A stretch of 59,243 nucleotides of DNA, the filler included. It is 3 parts of 3 records of this genome, joined end to end, with 100 filler letters (N's around TTAATTAATTAA, not from the genome) between each part and the next. Parts side by side here need not be neighbours in the genome. Positions count along the whole stretch, not along the records: positions 48,792 to 59,243 come from DRR723986_10202; 2 more parts are not named here. One strand, written 5' to 3'. A program made the position numbers and the translations under genes. The notes under the pieces are model-generated. The model saw nothing but the letters and a program-made list of their open reading frames with translations. It was not told the origin of the DNA and ran no database searches. This document shows positions 59,191-59,243 of this stretch, piece after piece; position 1 is the stretch's first letter; every line of letters begins with the position of its first letter.

Positions 59191-59243
59191 GCTGTCCTAC
59201 AAGCTAACAGCTGTTATCCTACAAATGTCCTACACGCTGTTAG
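59191..59243. repeat. GCTAACAGC/GCTGTTAG and TCCTACA repeats at contig end
   Basis: GCTAACAGC at 59203, palindrome TAACAGCTGTTA at 59205-59216, three TCCTACA copies; the contig ends in CACGCTGTTAG. Confidence 0.7.

Noticed and set aside
48792-59243. Contig 3 as a circular element, since its end GCTGTTAG and start AGCCTGTGGCTAACAGC would join into one palindrome
   Set aside because: The overlap is only 2 nt, the content is chromosomal-type with no replication or integrase gene, and breakage at a common repeat is simpler.
1-59243. tRNA or rRNA genes
   Set aside because: No cloverleaf/T-loop pattern or rRNA-like sequence noticed in the intergenic regions; not verified with tRNAscan or barrnap.

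Overview
The window is not one continuous locus. It consists of three contigs joined by artificial 100-nt spacers (44 N + TTAATTAATTAA + 44 N at 23463-23562 and 48692-48791), and the pieces look like different organisms. Contig 1 (1-23462) is an alphaproteobacterial core region: a partial pleD, rpmG (missing from the ORF track), rnr, topA, dprA, plsY, a probably inactive pyrC', pyrB, ruvX, a DUF3089 hydrolase, a GNAT and gatCAB. It ends with two convergent glycine-zipper envelope genes that share an upstream direct-repeat box, and a secreted Zn-metallopeptidase cluster. Contig 2 (23563-48691) is a more GC-rich, Rhodobacteraceae-like accessory catabolic island with IS remnants (IS3, IS21) and truncated genes at both ends. 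It encodes two ABC importers, a Tat-exported GMC flavoprotein next to a c-type cytochrome, two aldehyde dehydrogenases, an SDR, an acyl-CoA synthetase and a class III CoA-transferase. It also has a class I fumarase (frameshifted)-citF-citE operon with no citD/C/G/X on the contig. A recurring ATAG-N7-CTAT LysR box lies in front of its transcription units, which suggests a single regulon. This island is the best candidate for an undescribed pathway; a C5 branched-acid (citramalate-type) endpoint is inferred, and the substrate is unknown. Contig 3 (48792-59243) carries fliP-fliQ-fliR-flhB-flhA, two orphan lipoproteins and a YyaL/DUF255 protein. Its intergenic DNA contains a dispersed GCTGTTAGC-N5-GCTAACAGC palindrome, also present at both contig ends, and short tandem repeats. 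All family assignments come from motif recognition by eye; no database searches were run.
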